This document shows positions 1 through 8,827 of a DNA stretch of 54,715 nt, in pieces; within the stretch, counting starts at the first letter, position 1; every line of letters begins with the position of its first letter. Source of the stretch: a virus (lineage: Duplodnaviria; Caudoviricetes); the IMG/VR virus record IMGVR_UViG_3300021478_000035, positions 1 to 54,715 of that record; one strand, 5' to 3'. The notes below the pieces were generated by a model. That model searched no databases. It was not told the DNA's origin and saw nothing but the letters and a program-made list of their open reading frames with translations. The position numbers and the translations under genes were made by a program.

Positions 1-2
1 GT

Positions 3-338
3 TTGGGGGGATCTGTTGCGAGTACGCCAGTTGGGCAGGCTGGAGGGGTGGGGAGTTATGGGTCAGGGGGAGGGGGTGGGCAATATACGACTGGTGGAAA
101 TTATGGAGGGCCTGGAGGGAATGGGGGAGCGGGGAGTGCATGGACTAATGCGAATGGGACTTGGGGTCCGGGAGGTGGTGGTGGGGCTCCGGGTCCGGGT
201 ACGGGGAGTGTGGGAGGGAATGGGGGGTTGTATGGTGGGGGTGGAGCGTCTGGGCCGGGTGGAGATGGTGCGACTCTCCAGAATCCAGGGAATGGAGCGC
301 CAGGAGCGATGTTTATTACTTGGTGTGTAGGGCCATGA
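3..338 (+). CDS. C-terminal part of a glycine-rich virion/tail-fibre-like protein (5' truncated)
   Basis: Open from the window edge; GGxGG-rich, ending GAPGAMFITW as in glycine-rich phage domains. Confidence 0.6.
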   Translation: MGGSVASTPVGQAGGVGSYGSGGGGGQYTTGGNYGGPGGNGGAGSAWTNANGTWGPGGGGGAPGPGTGSVGGNGGLYGGGGASGPGGDGATLQNPGNGAPGAMFITWCVGP

Positions 339-344
339 GGATGT

Positions 345-385
345 TTTTTAAGAGCAGTCGATCGTAGATCGACTGTTCTTAAAAA
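345..385. repeat. Hairpin, GTA loop
   Basis: TTTTTAAGAGCAGTCGATC-GTA-GATCGACTGTTCTTAAAAA. Confidence 0.9.
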
Positions 386-394
386 GGATCAGTC

Positions 395-832
395 ATGACT
401 CATCTCACACCCAATTTTACGCTGGAGGAGTTCACGGTTAGTGAGACGGCGGCGAGGAAGGGGATTAATAATGTGCCATCAGATATGAAGAATCTGCAGT
501 GGACAGCTGAGGTGATGGAGAGGGTTCGGACTATTCTGGGGGATAAGCCAATTTTTATAAGTTCGGGTTACAGGAGTCCGAAAGTTAATATGGCGGTTGG
601 AGGCTCTAAAGAGAGTGCGCATATGAGTGGGCTTGCGGTTGATTTTTATTGCCCGGATTTTGGGACGCCGCTCCAAATCTGTAAGGAGCTGGAGCCGCAT
701 ATGCAAGAGCTGGGGGTAGATCAGCTGATACATGAGTACAACACCTGGGTTCATCTGGGATTGAGTACTGAGAAGCCGAGGCATATGGCTATGACTATTG
801 ATGGGAAAGGTGTGCGGAATGGATTTGGGTAA
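395..832 (+). CDS. Endolysin, peptidase M15A family
   Basis: LTPNFTLEEF N-terminus, SGYRS, SAHMSGLAVDF (H..D zinc ligands), WVHL; AAGGA RBS. Confidence 0.9.
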   Translation: MTHLTPNFTLEEFTVSETAARKGINNVPSDMKNLQWTAEVMERVRTILGDKPIFISSGYRSPKVNMAVGGSKESAHMSGLAVDFYCPDFGTPLQICKELEPHMQELGVDQLIHEYNTWVHLGLSTEKPRHMAMTIDGKGVRNGFG

Positions 833-837
833 ATTTA

Positions 838-866
838 GGGCAGACCGAACGAAGTGAGGTCTGCCC
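838..866. repeat. Hairpin, GA/GA + GAA cap
   Basis: GGGCAGACC-GAACGAAGTGA-GGTCTGCCC. Confidence 0.9.
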
Positions 867-867
867 C

Positions 868-1071
868 ATGGGTAAATGGAAGCCTGATTTCATTCTGACA
901 GTGATTTGGGCCATCGGTTCGATGACAGTTTTAGTTTTGTGTGGAATGGAGATTATTCATAATCAGAAGATTGTGGATAGGTTGCTGATTACTATTCCGT
1001 CGGGGACCGCTATTATTATGGGTTATTGGTTTAGTAAGGAGAATAAGGATAAGGGAGATCCGCCGAAATGA
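868..1071 (+). CDS. Putative holin
   Basis: 67 aa, two hydrophobic segments, charged C-terminus, directly after the endolysin. Confidence 0.6.
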   Translation: MGKWKPDFILTVIWAIGSMTVLVLCGMEIIHNQKIVDRLLITIPSGTAIIMGYWFSKENKDKGDPPK

Positions 1072-1577
1072 GGCAGGTTGAAGGGCTGAAATGGGCTCAT
1101 TCGATGGAGAATAAGCCGGCGTTTTTGTCTGCGGCGAAGGCGGGGAAGAATGTGAAGGGGGATGGGCTGAGATATGAGAGGGCGCTGGCGAAGGGGTTGG
1201 GAGCCAAGTTTAGGTGGGGGATGTGGTGGGAATATAGGGATGAGAGGGGGATAGGTTATTGTCAGACGGATTTCTTTGGAAAGGCCAAGCAGTGGGTTAT
1301 TTTGTTGGAGGGAAAGCTGACGTGGACGCCTGAAGCAGAGGAGCAGTTACATGGGTTGTATGTGCCAGTTGTGTCCTGTGCGTTGGGTATTCCGAGGTCT
1401 CAGATATTGCCGATTGTGGTGTGTAAGAATTTGACACATGCCACTTCTAGGCCGATTTGTGATACGCTGAGGGATGCCATAGAGCAGAGTATGGAGATTA
1501 GTGCTCCATTCTGTCCTGTGTGGCATCACATCGGAGGAGTGCCACTGCTGAGAAGGGAACTTGCAACAGCTTCGTGA
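1068..1577 (+). CDS. Putative PD-(D/E)XK-fold nuclease/resolvase-like protein
   Basis: GLRYERAL...QTDFF...ILLEGKLT motif spacing; ATGA overlap. Confidence 0.5.
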   Translation: MRQVEGLKWAHSMENKPAFLSAAKAGKNVKGDGLRYERALAKGLGAKFRWGMWWEYRDERGIGYCQTDFFGKAKQWVILLEGKLTWTPEAEEQLHGLYVPVVSCALGIPRSQILPIVVCKNLTHATSRPICDTLRDAIEQSMEISAPFCPVWHHIGGVPLLRRELATAS

Positions 1578-1582
1578 GCCTA

Positions 1583-1617
1583 CTTTGTTCAGTCGATCGT
1601 AGATCGACTGAACAAAG
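1583..1617. repeat. Hairpin, GTA loop
   Basis: CTTTGTTCAGTCGATC-GTA-GATCGACTGAACAAAG. Confidence 0.9.
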
Positions 1618-1626
1618 GAGGATCAC

Positions 1627-1830
1627 ATGCCCAAAGTACCTAGGAATATGCTGATGGGTGGGATGAAGCCAATGAAGGCTCCTCCCTCGATGAAGGCCGA
1701 GCCCCTGGGTTTGGCTAATGAGGCTCCCTTCCGGCAGAGAGGAGGGAAGATGAAGGCTGCTGGACTTGGTAAGAAAGCGAGGAAGGTGGCTGAGGAAGTG
1801 CCTACTGGTCCAATGAAGGGGATCAGGTGA
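1627..1830 (+). CDS. Small basic hypothetical protein
   Basis: GGAGG RBS; K/M/P-rich. Confidence 0.6.
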   Translation: MPKVPRNMLMGGMKPMKAPPSMKAEPLGLANEAPFRQRGGKMKAAGLGKKARKVAEEVPTGPMKGIR

Positions 1831-2054
1831 TGGGAGACCAGACTTTCGGCGAACGTGCAGTTGGAATCACGTTCAATCCGAGTGGAGATAATACTGTCTC
1901 CATTTTGAAGAGGGATATAGCCGCCTTTATTGACCATTGTCAGAAGGAGAGGGAAGCTTCGCCTGACCATGAGGTCAAGAGGATGTACTCGGTGGCTATT
2001 ACTGAGGCGCAGACTGCGCAAATGTGGGCAGTGAAGGCTGCCACCTGGAAATAG
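1830..2054 (+). CDS. Acb2/Tad1-like helical-hairpin protein (putative signalling-nucleotide sponge)
   Basis: FNPSG...KRMYSVAITEAQTAQMWAVKAATW resembles the R..(S/A).A.T..E.A.MWA.KA helix of the family. Confidence 0.55.
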   Translation: MGDQTFGERAVGITFNPSGDNTVSILKRDIAAFIDHCQKEREASPDHEVKRMYSVAITEAQTAQMWAVKAATWK

Positions 2055-2064
2055 GAGTACTCAG

Positions 2065-2367
2065 ATGGCTGATAAGGAAGAGAAGCAGAATAGGGCGCAG
2101 GAGAGGGAGCCCAGGTCGGGACATCATGCCCCCGCCAGGGGAGGGCCTGGACAGGAGAGGAAATTCTCTAATAGGGCGTTTGGAGATGGGCGGATGGAGG
2201 TGACCAGCTCGCCTCATAGGGGCGCTGATTTGGGCCATGCGGTGGATGAGCTGCACTCCCAGCACCCGATCAAGCATCACGATGCGGGTCCGCATCATGG
2301 GAAGAGTTATCATGATCGGCATGAGACTCTGGGTGGGCTGCATCCCAAGTCGAGGCACGGCCGCTGA
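2065..2367 (+). CDS. His/Arg-rich hypothetical protein
   Basis: AGGAG RBS; fits the operon. Confidence 0.6.
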   Translation: MADKEEKQNRAQEREPRSGHHAPARGGPGQERKFSNRAFGDGRMEVTSSPHRGADLGHAVDELHSQHPIKHHDAGPHHGKSYHDRHETLGGLHPKSRHGR

Positions 2368-2369
2368 GT

Positions 2370-2412
2370 AGCGCGATCTAAGGCCCGCTCTTTAAGGGCC
2401 TTAGATCGCGCT
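2370..2412. repeat. Hairpin, 17-bp arms
   Basis: AGCGCGATCTAAGGCCC-N9-GGGCCTTAGATCGCGCT. Confidence 0.9.
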
Positions 2413-2432
2413 CTGAGAAGGAGCGCTGACCG

Positions 2433-2663
2433 ATGAATATCCTTGGTATTCTGATTGGTCTTCTTAACTGTGTGCTTGTGGTTGCGCTCCTGGTGCTTAT
2501 TGGGGCGGTCATCGTGTGGGTCGCGCAGATCTTTGAGTGGCCTATTCCATGGAACATTCAGCGGATCTATCTTCTGGTCTGTTTGATTGTTTTCATCATA
2601 TGCGCTGTTAGTCTGCTGGCGGGGATGCCAATGGTGCATTTCTTCGGGGTAAATCATCAGTAA
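2433..2663 (+). CDS. Small two-TM membrane protein
   Basis: Two long hydrophobic stretches; AAGGAG RBS. Confidence 0.7.
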   Translation: MNILGILIGLLNCVLVVALLVLIGAVIVWVAQIFEWPIPWNIQRIYLLVCLIVFIICAVSLLAGMPMVHFFGVNHQ

Positions 2664-2666
2664 TTT

Positions 2667-2693
2667 GGAGGCCCGAATGAAATGAGGGCCTCC
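2667..2693. repeat. Hairpin, GA/GA + GAA cap
   Basis: GGAGGCCC-GAATGAAATGA-GGGCCTCC. Confidence 0.85.
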
Positions 2694-2739
2694 TAGTTTA
2701 CCCGACTGCAATTGGGCAGTCGTTTTAAGGAGAGAAGGT

Positions 2740-3405
2740 ATGGCAAAAAGTTCGTGGGCTTATATTCGGTTTGTGGAAAGGCCTCACTTCGATTGGGCAG
2801 GCCGGCCTGTTGATCCGGACTATGGAGTTGAGGAGGGTGTAGATCCAGGATGGGGTTACCCTGGTGCTCCGGTCTATCCTGACCAGGGGCTGCCAGGTAG
2901 GCCGCCGCATGTGGGGAATAGGCCTCCAGGGAGCTGGCCAGGTCGACCAGATCAGGGCTTGCCGTGGCCTGGTAGGCCGGTAGATCCGGGCTGGGGATGG
3001 GGTGGTGGTGAGAGGCCTGATCAAGGGCTGCCTGGTAGGCCGCCTCATGTGGGAGGTGGGCCAGCTAGGCCACCGCTGCCGCCGCATGTGTGGCCGCGGC
3101 CTCCGGGAGGGGGACTGCCGGTTGATCCAGGATGGGGAGTTGGAGAAGGTGGGCATCCGGATCATGGGCTGCCGATTTATCCGGTTGATCCCACGCATCC
3201 GGATAATGAGCTGCCGGAGGTGCCGGGTGTTGAGCCTCCTCCGACTGATCCGCCTCCTGGCACGATTTGGCCGCCTCTGCCTCCGGAAATTCCGGCCGGT
3301 AAGGCGATTGCGCTGGCTGGAATTACGGGAGTTGGTTATCGGTATGTGGTGATTGATATTCCGGAGAATCCGCCATCACTGCCGCCTAGGCCACAACCCA
3401 AGTAG
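2740..3405 (+). CDS. Proline-rich repeat protein (PDQGLP / PVDPGWG repeats)
   Basis: AAGGAG RBS; internal repeats visible in the translation. Confidence 0.75.
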   Translation: MAKSSWAYIRFVERPHFDWAGRPVDPDYGVEEGVDPGWGYPGAPVYPDQGLPGRPPHVGNRPPGSWPGRPDQGLPWPGRPVDPGWGWGGGERPDQGLPGRPPHVGGGPARPPLPPHVWPRPPGGGLPVDPGWGVGEGGHPDHGLPIYPVDPTHPDNELPEVPGVEPPPTDPPPGTIWPPLPPEIPAGKAIALAGITGVGYRYVVIDIPENPPSLPPRPQPK

Positions 3406-3442
3406 AGTAGGAGACTGGGGTATGCCCAACTTAAAACTGGTT

Positions 3443-3475
3443 TGGGATAGCCCGAACGAAGTGAGGGCTATCCCA
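3443..3475. repeat. Hairpin, GA/GA + GAA cap
   Basis: TGGGATAGCCC-GAACGAAGTGA-GGGCTATCCCA. Confidence 0.9.
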
Positions 3476-3816
3476 TGAAGCTGAACATGCTGATTGCAGT
3501 GGGGGCTCCTGAAGAAGAGCCCTCGTGCGGGAAACCTCACATCAATCTGGCAAAGCAAAGGCCAGGGACTAAACATCCGGGTGATCCACGCCCGAAACTG
3601 AGTGCGACTCGTGCGCTCTCAGATGAGGTGCAGCACTCTTATATTGTGAACTCGAGTGCTGATCAGCATGTTCCGAGGAAGGTGTTTGACACTGCGAATC
3701 CGGATGTGTCTGGGTTCACTTCGAGGCTCTGCCGAAGTCCGCCCCGTCGGACTTCGGCAGGGGAGGAGAGTCTGAAGAGTGCTATGCAGGAGCTGAGGTG
3801 CGGAAGCAAGCGTTAG
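3475..3816 (+). CDS. Hypothetical protein
   Basis: GAGG RBS inside the upstream hairpin; fills the operon gap. Confidence 0.45.
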   Translation: MKLNMLIAVGAPEEEPSCGKPHINLAKQRPGTKHPGDPRPKLSATRALSDEVQHSYIVNSSADQHVPRKVFDTANPDVSGFTSRLCRSPPRRTSAGEESLKSAMQELRCGSKR

Positions 3817-5063
3817 CTGCTCTCTGGATTGCAGCGGGGCTATACCCCGCTGCAAGCCAGGCCCAGACGTTCACGGGGTTTCCACCTGCTGTTCCTCCAC
3901 TCACGGGGGCAGAGCAGGTTCCTGCGGATACTGGAGTTAGTCCGCCGAGTGTGCGTATTACGACTACTCAATTGGGTCAGTTTGTGAATAGTTTGAACCC
4001 GAGTGGAAACTGGTTGATTGCTGGGGACGCAAGTCAGAATTTGTGGCAAAGAGGGACTACTGGTCCAGTCTCTAGCGGGACGGTCCTCTTTGGACCGGAC
4101 CGCTGGGCTTACTGGAGTGGGTCGGCGGCCACGCCAATCCAGGTTAGTGAGGATACGACGCCTATTGTGACGCTGCCGGGGTTTAAGGCGGCGTATAAGA
4201 TGCAGAGGCAGGCTGGGTCGACTGGGACGGATATGATGTGCATGGCCCAGGAGATTAGCTCGGCGAATAGTGTGCCGCTGCAGGGGCAGTTTGTTGAGAT
4301 GGATTTTTATGTGTTTGGCGGGGCTAATCTTTCGGCTACTAATGTGGGGATTTATATTGTGGCGGGGACTGGGACTGATGAGGGAGTGGGGGCATTAGCG
4401 GCTGGGTTTAGTGGAGGTGCAGGGTGGACTGGACAGAGTAGGGTTGTAGGAGCACTATTCTCACCTTTGTTTATTGGGAGAGTGACGCAGCCAGCGGTGG
4501 TTGGGCTTGTCCCGACAACAGCTACTGAGCTGGCGGTTGTGCTGTGTATGACGCCGAATGGGACAGCGGGGACTAATGATTGGATGGATTTTTCGGGTAT
4601 TCAGCTGAGGACTGCTCCGGTTTTGGCTTCGTTTGCTTCGAAGTTTACTGCGTATACGGCATGGTCGCTTCCGACGCCGCCATTTGTTTGGAGACTGGGA
4701 GTGCAGGAAGCTGCGTTGCAGGAGGCGTATTATTGGAGGATTAATGAGGGGCCAGGATTTGATACTGTGCAGGGTGGTTGTAGGTCTGTAGCGCCTTCAC
4801 TGCTGGTTTCGGATTGCTTTATACAATTTCCAGTGCTGATGAGGCAGGCACCGACCATGACGTATACAGTGGGATTTGAGACTGATGCTGATACGGGAGG
4901 AGATGAGAATTGCACTGGGTTGGGGACTGCATCGTGGAGTAGTGTAGTTACGAATAGGGGGGTGACAGTTAGTTGTACGGCGGCGGCGAATGTGAAGGCA
5001 GCTTCTTTTCTGTATGAACATGGTGGAGCAGGGATGATTGCTGCTGATGCGGAGCTGCACTAG
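3798..5063 (+). CDS. Putative virion/fibre-like carbohydrate-binding protein with signal-like N-terminus
   Basis: NWLIAGDASQNLWQRG...PDRW...SGIQL...YYW...MRQAPT parallels the fibre domain of 21626..23230. Confidence 0.6.
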   Translation: MRKQALAALWIAAGLYPAASQAQTFTGFPPAVPPLTGAEQVPADTGVSPPSVRITTTQLGQFVNSLNPSGNWLIAGDASQNLWQRGTTGPVSSGTVLFGPDRWAYWSGSAATPIQVSEDTTPIVTLPGFKAAYKMQRQAGSTGTDMMCMAQEISSANSVPLQGQFVEMDFYVFGGANLSATNVGIYIVAGTGTDEGVGALAAGFSGGAGWTGQSRVVGALFSPLFIGRVTQPAVVGLVPTTATELAVVLCMTPNGTAGTNDWMDFSGIQLRTAPVLASFASKFTAYTAWSLPTPPFVWRLGVQEAALQEAYYWRINEGPGFDTVQGGCRSVAPSLLVSDCFIQFPVLMRQAPTMTYTVGFETDADTGGDENCTGLGTASWSSVVTNRGVTVSCTAAANVKAASFLYEHGGAGMIAADAELH

Positions 5064-6506
5064 ATGCTGGTTCTTGGGCGTTCCAATGGTGGGCTCAATG
5101 CTGCGAGGAAGCCTCAAGCTGCCAGGCCGAATTTGGCGTTTCCTGGGCCTCTCCAGTGTTTGTTTGAGAAGAAGAGGTTTAAGGTTCTGTGGGGAGGAAG
5201 AGGAGCGGGGAGGAGTTGGGGATGTGCTAGGGCGCTGCTGGTGATTGGGAGGGAGAAGGCGACGAGGATATTGTGTGTGAGGGAGTATCAGAACTCGATT
5301 GATGACTCCGTTTATAAGGTGCTGAAAGATCAGATTGAGGCGCTAGGATGGGGTAATTTTTATGATGTGCAGAAGACGAAGATTTATGGGGCCAATGGGA
5401 CTGAATTTAATTTTGAGGGGATAAGGAATAATGTTAATCGGATAAAGAGCTATGAGGGGATTGATATATGTTGGGTTGAAGAGGCCGTGAAGGTTAGGAA
5501 AACCTCGTGGGGAGTACTCATACCGACTATACGAAAAGAAGATTCGGAGATCTGGTTGACTTTCAATCCGGAGCTGGAAACGGATTATACGTATCAGAGG
5601 TTTATTAAGGACGCGTCTCTTAGCCCAGTGGGTAACCGACGTTTTGCCGAGCCGCTAGGCTCGGCGAACGTCCTGGAGTCGGAGTCTTCTTTCGTCTGTA
5701 AGATGACTTATAGGGATAATCCGTGGTTTCCAGAGGTGCTGAAGAGGGATATGCAAAGTGATAAGGAAAGGGATTATGATTATTATCTGAATGTGTGGGA
5801 GGGCCATTGTTTGCAGATACTGGAGGGGGTTGTTTATGCGAAGGAACTGCGCAAGGCTGCGGAAGAGGGACGGATTGCCACGGTGCCGTGGGAACGGACT
5901 ATTCCGGTGGATACATACTGGGATCTGGGCAAGAGGGACTGTACGTCGATCTGGTTTGTGCAACAGGTTGCAATGCAGATTCGTATATTGGATTATTATG
6001 AGGCTACCGGGGAGGATGTGGAGCATTTTATGGATGTTCTGCAGAATAGACACTATGTTTATGGGCTGCATGTGTTGCCGTTCGACGCGGAACATGAAAA
6101 GCTGGGAATGCGGAAAACTATAAAAGAGCAGGTTGCCGCGGTGTATCCGAAGAGGGTGAGGATTGCGAGGAAGATTGCTCCGGTGGATGGCCGAAATATG
6201 GTAAGGATGCTGTTTCCGAATATGTGGTTTGATGAGGATAAGTGTGAGGATGGGCTGAATGCCTTGCGTCACTATCGGTTTAAGATTGAGGAGGAGGCGA
6301 GGGATAATAGGCCTGGGCAGCTGGGGAGAGATCCGGTGCATGACTGGGCGAGCCATGCGGCGGATGCGCTGAGATATATGGCGGTGACGATTAAAGATCC
6401 GCACTTCGATAGGGGAGAGGAACAGGATATTGGACAGAGGCTGGGGAATGTAGTGCTTAATAAGTGGAGGGATTTGGCTCCTAATCTGGGATGGATGGGT
6501 CTATGA
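5064..6506 (+). CDS. terL: Terminase large subunit, PBSX family
   Basis: GGRGAGRS Walker A variant, CVREYQNSI, WVEEA Walker B, TFNP, DNPWFP, WDLG nuclease motif, SHAADALRY. Confidence 0.95.
   Translation: MLVLGRSNGGLNAARKPQAARPNLAFPGPLQCLFEKKRFKVLWGGRGAGRSWGCARALLVIGREKATRILCVREYQNSIDDSVYKVLKDQIEALGWGNFYDVQKTKIYGANGTEFNFEGIRNNVNRIKSYEGIDICWVEEAVKVRKTSWGVLIPTIRKEDSEIWLTFNPELETDYTYQRFIKDASLSPVGNRRFAEPLGSANVLESESSFVCKMTYRDNPWFPEVLKRDMQSDKERDYDYYLNVWEGHCLQILEGVVYAKELRKAAEEGRIATVPWERTIPVDTYWDLGKRDCTSIWFVQQVAMQIRILDYYEATGEDVEHFMDVLQNRHYVYGLHVLPFDAEHEKLGMRKTIKEQVAAVYPKRVRIARKIAPVDGRNMVRMLFPNMWFDEDKCEDGLNALRHYRFKIEEEARDNRPGQLGRDPVHDWASHAADALRYMAVTIKDPHFDRGEEQDIGQRLGNVVLNKWRDLAPNLGWMGL
5638..5672. 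repeat. Hairpin inside terL, GCTA loop
   Basis: GACGTTTTGCCGAGCC-GCTA-GGCTCGGCGAACGTC. Confidence 0.85.
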
Positions 6507-8827
6507 GCCTGATTAATAATTCCCGTTCTGCCCGATCTGGACTGAGCTTGACTCAGCCCCTGAGGACTGCGTTGACGGGGAACGCGGTGCTGGATCAGGC
6601 AAGAGATAGGTGGGATAGGTGCCAGGAGTGGGAAAGTGATTTTAGACGGAGGTTTATTGCGGATGTGCAGTTTGCGAATGCGGACTCAGATAATGGGTGG
6701 CAGTGGCCCGATACGCTGAGGGCGGCGAGGGATACGGCGGCCAAGCCGTGTCTGACTATTAATGTGGTGCGGCAACATAACTTGATGATAGGAAATGGAC
6801 TTAGAAGGAACAAATCTTCGGTTCGAGTTGTCGGGGTCGGAAATGGAGCAACTGCTGAAAGCGCTTCAGTTTTCAGGGACCTTATTAGAAGGATTGAGTA
6901 TCAGAGCCAGGCGCAGGCTTCGGTATACGCTCCGGCGAGAAAATGGCAAATTGACGGTGGAATTGGCTGGATCAGGGTTGCCACGGATTTCGCTGGGGAT
7001 GACACGTTTGACCAGGAAGTCTATTTGAGGCCTGTGCTTGATCCGTTGACTGTTTATGTCGATCCGGACTGTAAGATGGCAGATTGCTCGGATATGAAGT
7101 TTCTGTTTGCGTTTGATCGGATGCTACCAGAGGAGCTGGATGATCTTTATCCGGGGCATGGACCGTGGGAGCGGAGTCCGCTGCAGGTTGGGCCGGAAGA
7201 GCTGGAGCATGATGATAGATGTGTTGTGATGGAATATTTTGTTAGGGTGCCTAAAGAGGATAGTCTGGTTAGTTTTGTGGGGCCAAATGGGAAGCGGTCT
7301 CAAATGAAGAAGAGTCAGTTGGAGAAGATGAAGGGGCATGAGAGCATTCTGGATAACCCGCTGACAAAAATAAGAAATATTTCGATGCAGGAGGTAAGGA
7401 GATATTTTATCTGTGGGAATAGGGCTGTGGGAGAGGATGACGACCCAGAGGATGAGGAGGGCAATCCTTACCAGGTGTGGGTTGGGCAAAGGATACCGTT
7501 TGTGCCGGTGAAGGGGGAGGAGTTTGCATTTCGAGGGAGGTTAGACCGCAAGGGGCATACGCGCTCGATGAAGGATGCGCAGAGGATGTTTAATTATAAT
7601 GCGTCGAGTCAGGTTGAACATATTGCGATGCAGGGCAAGACGCCGTGGACTGGGGCTGTTGATGCTTTTACAGGGCTGGAGAATTATTGGGAGAGGGCTA
7701 ATACGACTAATTCAGCTTATTTGCCGTTCAGGCATAAGGACTCGGAGGGTGATGATATTCCACCACAGGCGCTGCCGCAGAGAGTGCAGCCGCCGACCAC
7801 CTCTCCGGCGTATGCGGATATGATGGATAGGGCTTTTAATTGGTTGATGATGAGTTCTGGGCAATGGCAAAATCAGATGGGGATGCAAGGGAATGAGAGG
7901 ACAGGGGAGGCTATTAAGCAAAGGCAGGATCAGAGTGATACCTCGACGTACCATTTCCAGGATAATTATGAAGCGGCCCTTCAAAGCCTGGGAAGGATAC
8001 TTATTGATGTCATCCCCAAGGTCTATGATACGGCCAGGGTGCTTAAGGTTGTGGCTGAGGATGGAGTCGAAAAGGATGTCGAAATTGATCCCGGCTCGCG
8101 TATGGCTTATTTCCAGGAAATGGATCATCGAGGAGAGGTTGCACGAAGGATATTTAACCCGGCAGTTGGTAAGTATGATGTGGCGGCGACGGTGGGGCCG
8201 GAATATGGCACGAAGAGAGATCAGAGCAGAGATGCCCTGACTCTTATTTTAACGCAGGCTCCAAACCTTACGGGGACCATTGGCGATCTGCTCTTGAAGT
8301 CTCTGGATTTTGATGAGGCGCAAGAGGCTGCTCAGAGGTTGAAGAGGATGGTTCCGCCGCAAGCGCTGGGTCAGGGGCCGACGCCCACCGAGGCGCAGCA
8401 GCAACAGATGATACAGGCTCTGCAAGAGGCGCTCAGGAAGAGTCTGGAGAAGCAGGGGAAGGATCAGCTGAAGCTGGTTGGTAAGGATGAGATGAGGGAT
8501 ATTGATGCGTATAAGGCTGAGACGGATCGGATGAAGGTGCTTGCACCGATGGCTCCTGAGGAGTTTCAGACACTTATTCAGCAGTTGGTGCAGGATGCGC
8601 TGGATACCCAATTAGCTCCTCTGATCGAGGCCAACAAGCCGGGATTGGGTCAAGAAGCCCCGGAAGCTGGAGATGCGCAAGCATCTCCAGCTTCCACTGC
8701 GGTTCCGGATAACCATCCGTCTAGAGTCCCTGGAGCTAAGAGAGCACCAGATGGAGAGTGGTATGTGAAGGGGCCGAATGGTGGATATATGCATGTGGCT
8801 CCTAAAGGACAGGGGGCGCAGTCATGA
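6503..8827 (+). CDS. Portal protein, P22-like
   Basis: QWPD...PCLTIN, GGIGWIRV, KDAQRMFNY, IPKVYDTAR, GKYDV...GP.Y.TKR; follows terL with ATGA overlap. Confidence 0.9.
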   Translation: MSLINNSRSARSGLSLTQPLRTALTGNAVLDQARDRWDRCQEWESDFRRRFIADVQFANADSDNGWQWPDTLRAARDTAAKPCLTINVVRQHNLMIGNGLRRNKSSVRVVGVGNGATAESASVFRDLIRRIEYQSQAQASVYAPARKWQIDGGIGWIRVATDFAGDDTFDQEVYLRPVLDPLTVYVDPDCKMADCSDMKFLFAFDRMLPEELDDLYPGHGPWERSPLQVGPEELEHDDRCVVMEYFVRVPKEDSLVSFVGPNGKRSQMKKSQLEKMKGHESILDNPLTKIRNISMQEVRRYFICGNRAVGEDDDPEDEEGNPYQVWVGQRIPFVPVKGEEFAFRGRLDRKGHTRSMKDAQRMFNYNASSQVEHIAMQGKTPWTGAVDAFTGLENYWERANTTNSAYLPFRHKDSEGDDIPPQALPQRVQPPTTSPAYADMMDRAFNWLMMSSGQWQNQMGMQGNERTGEAIKQRQDQSDTSTYHFQDNYEAALQSLGRILIDVIPKVYDTARVLKVVAEDGVEKDVEIDPGSRMAYFQEMDHRGEVARRIFNPAVGKYDVAATVGPEYGTKRDQSRDALTLILTQAPNLTGTIGDLLLKSLDFDEAQEAAQRLKRMVPPQALGQGPTPTEAQQQQMIQALQEALRKSLEKQGKDQLKLVGKDEMRDIDAYKAETDRMKVLAPMAPEEFQTLIQQLVQDALDTQLAPLIEANKPGLGQEAPEAGDAQASPASTAVPDNHPSRVPGAKRAPDGEWYVKGPNGGYMHVAPKGQGAQS
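8662..8695. repeat. Hairpin inside portal C-terminus, GCAA loop
   Basis: GGAAGCTGGAGATGC-GCAA-GCATCTCCAGCTTCC. Confidence 0.9.
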
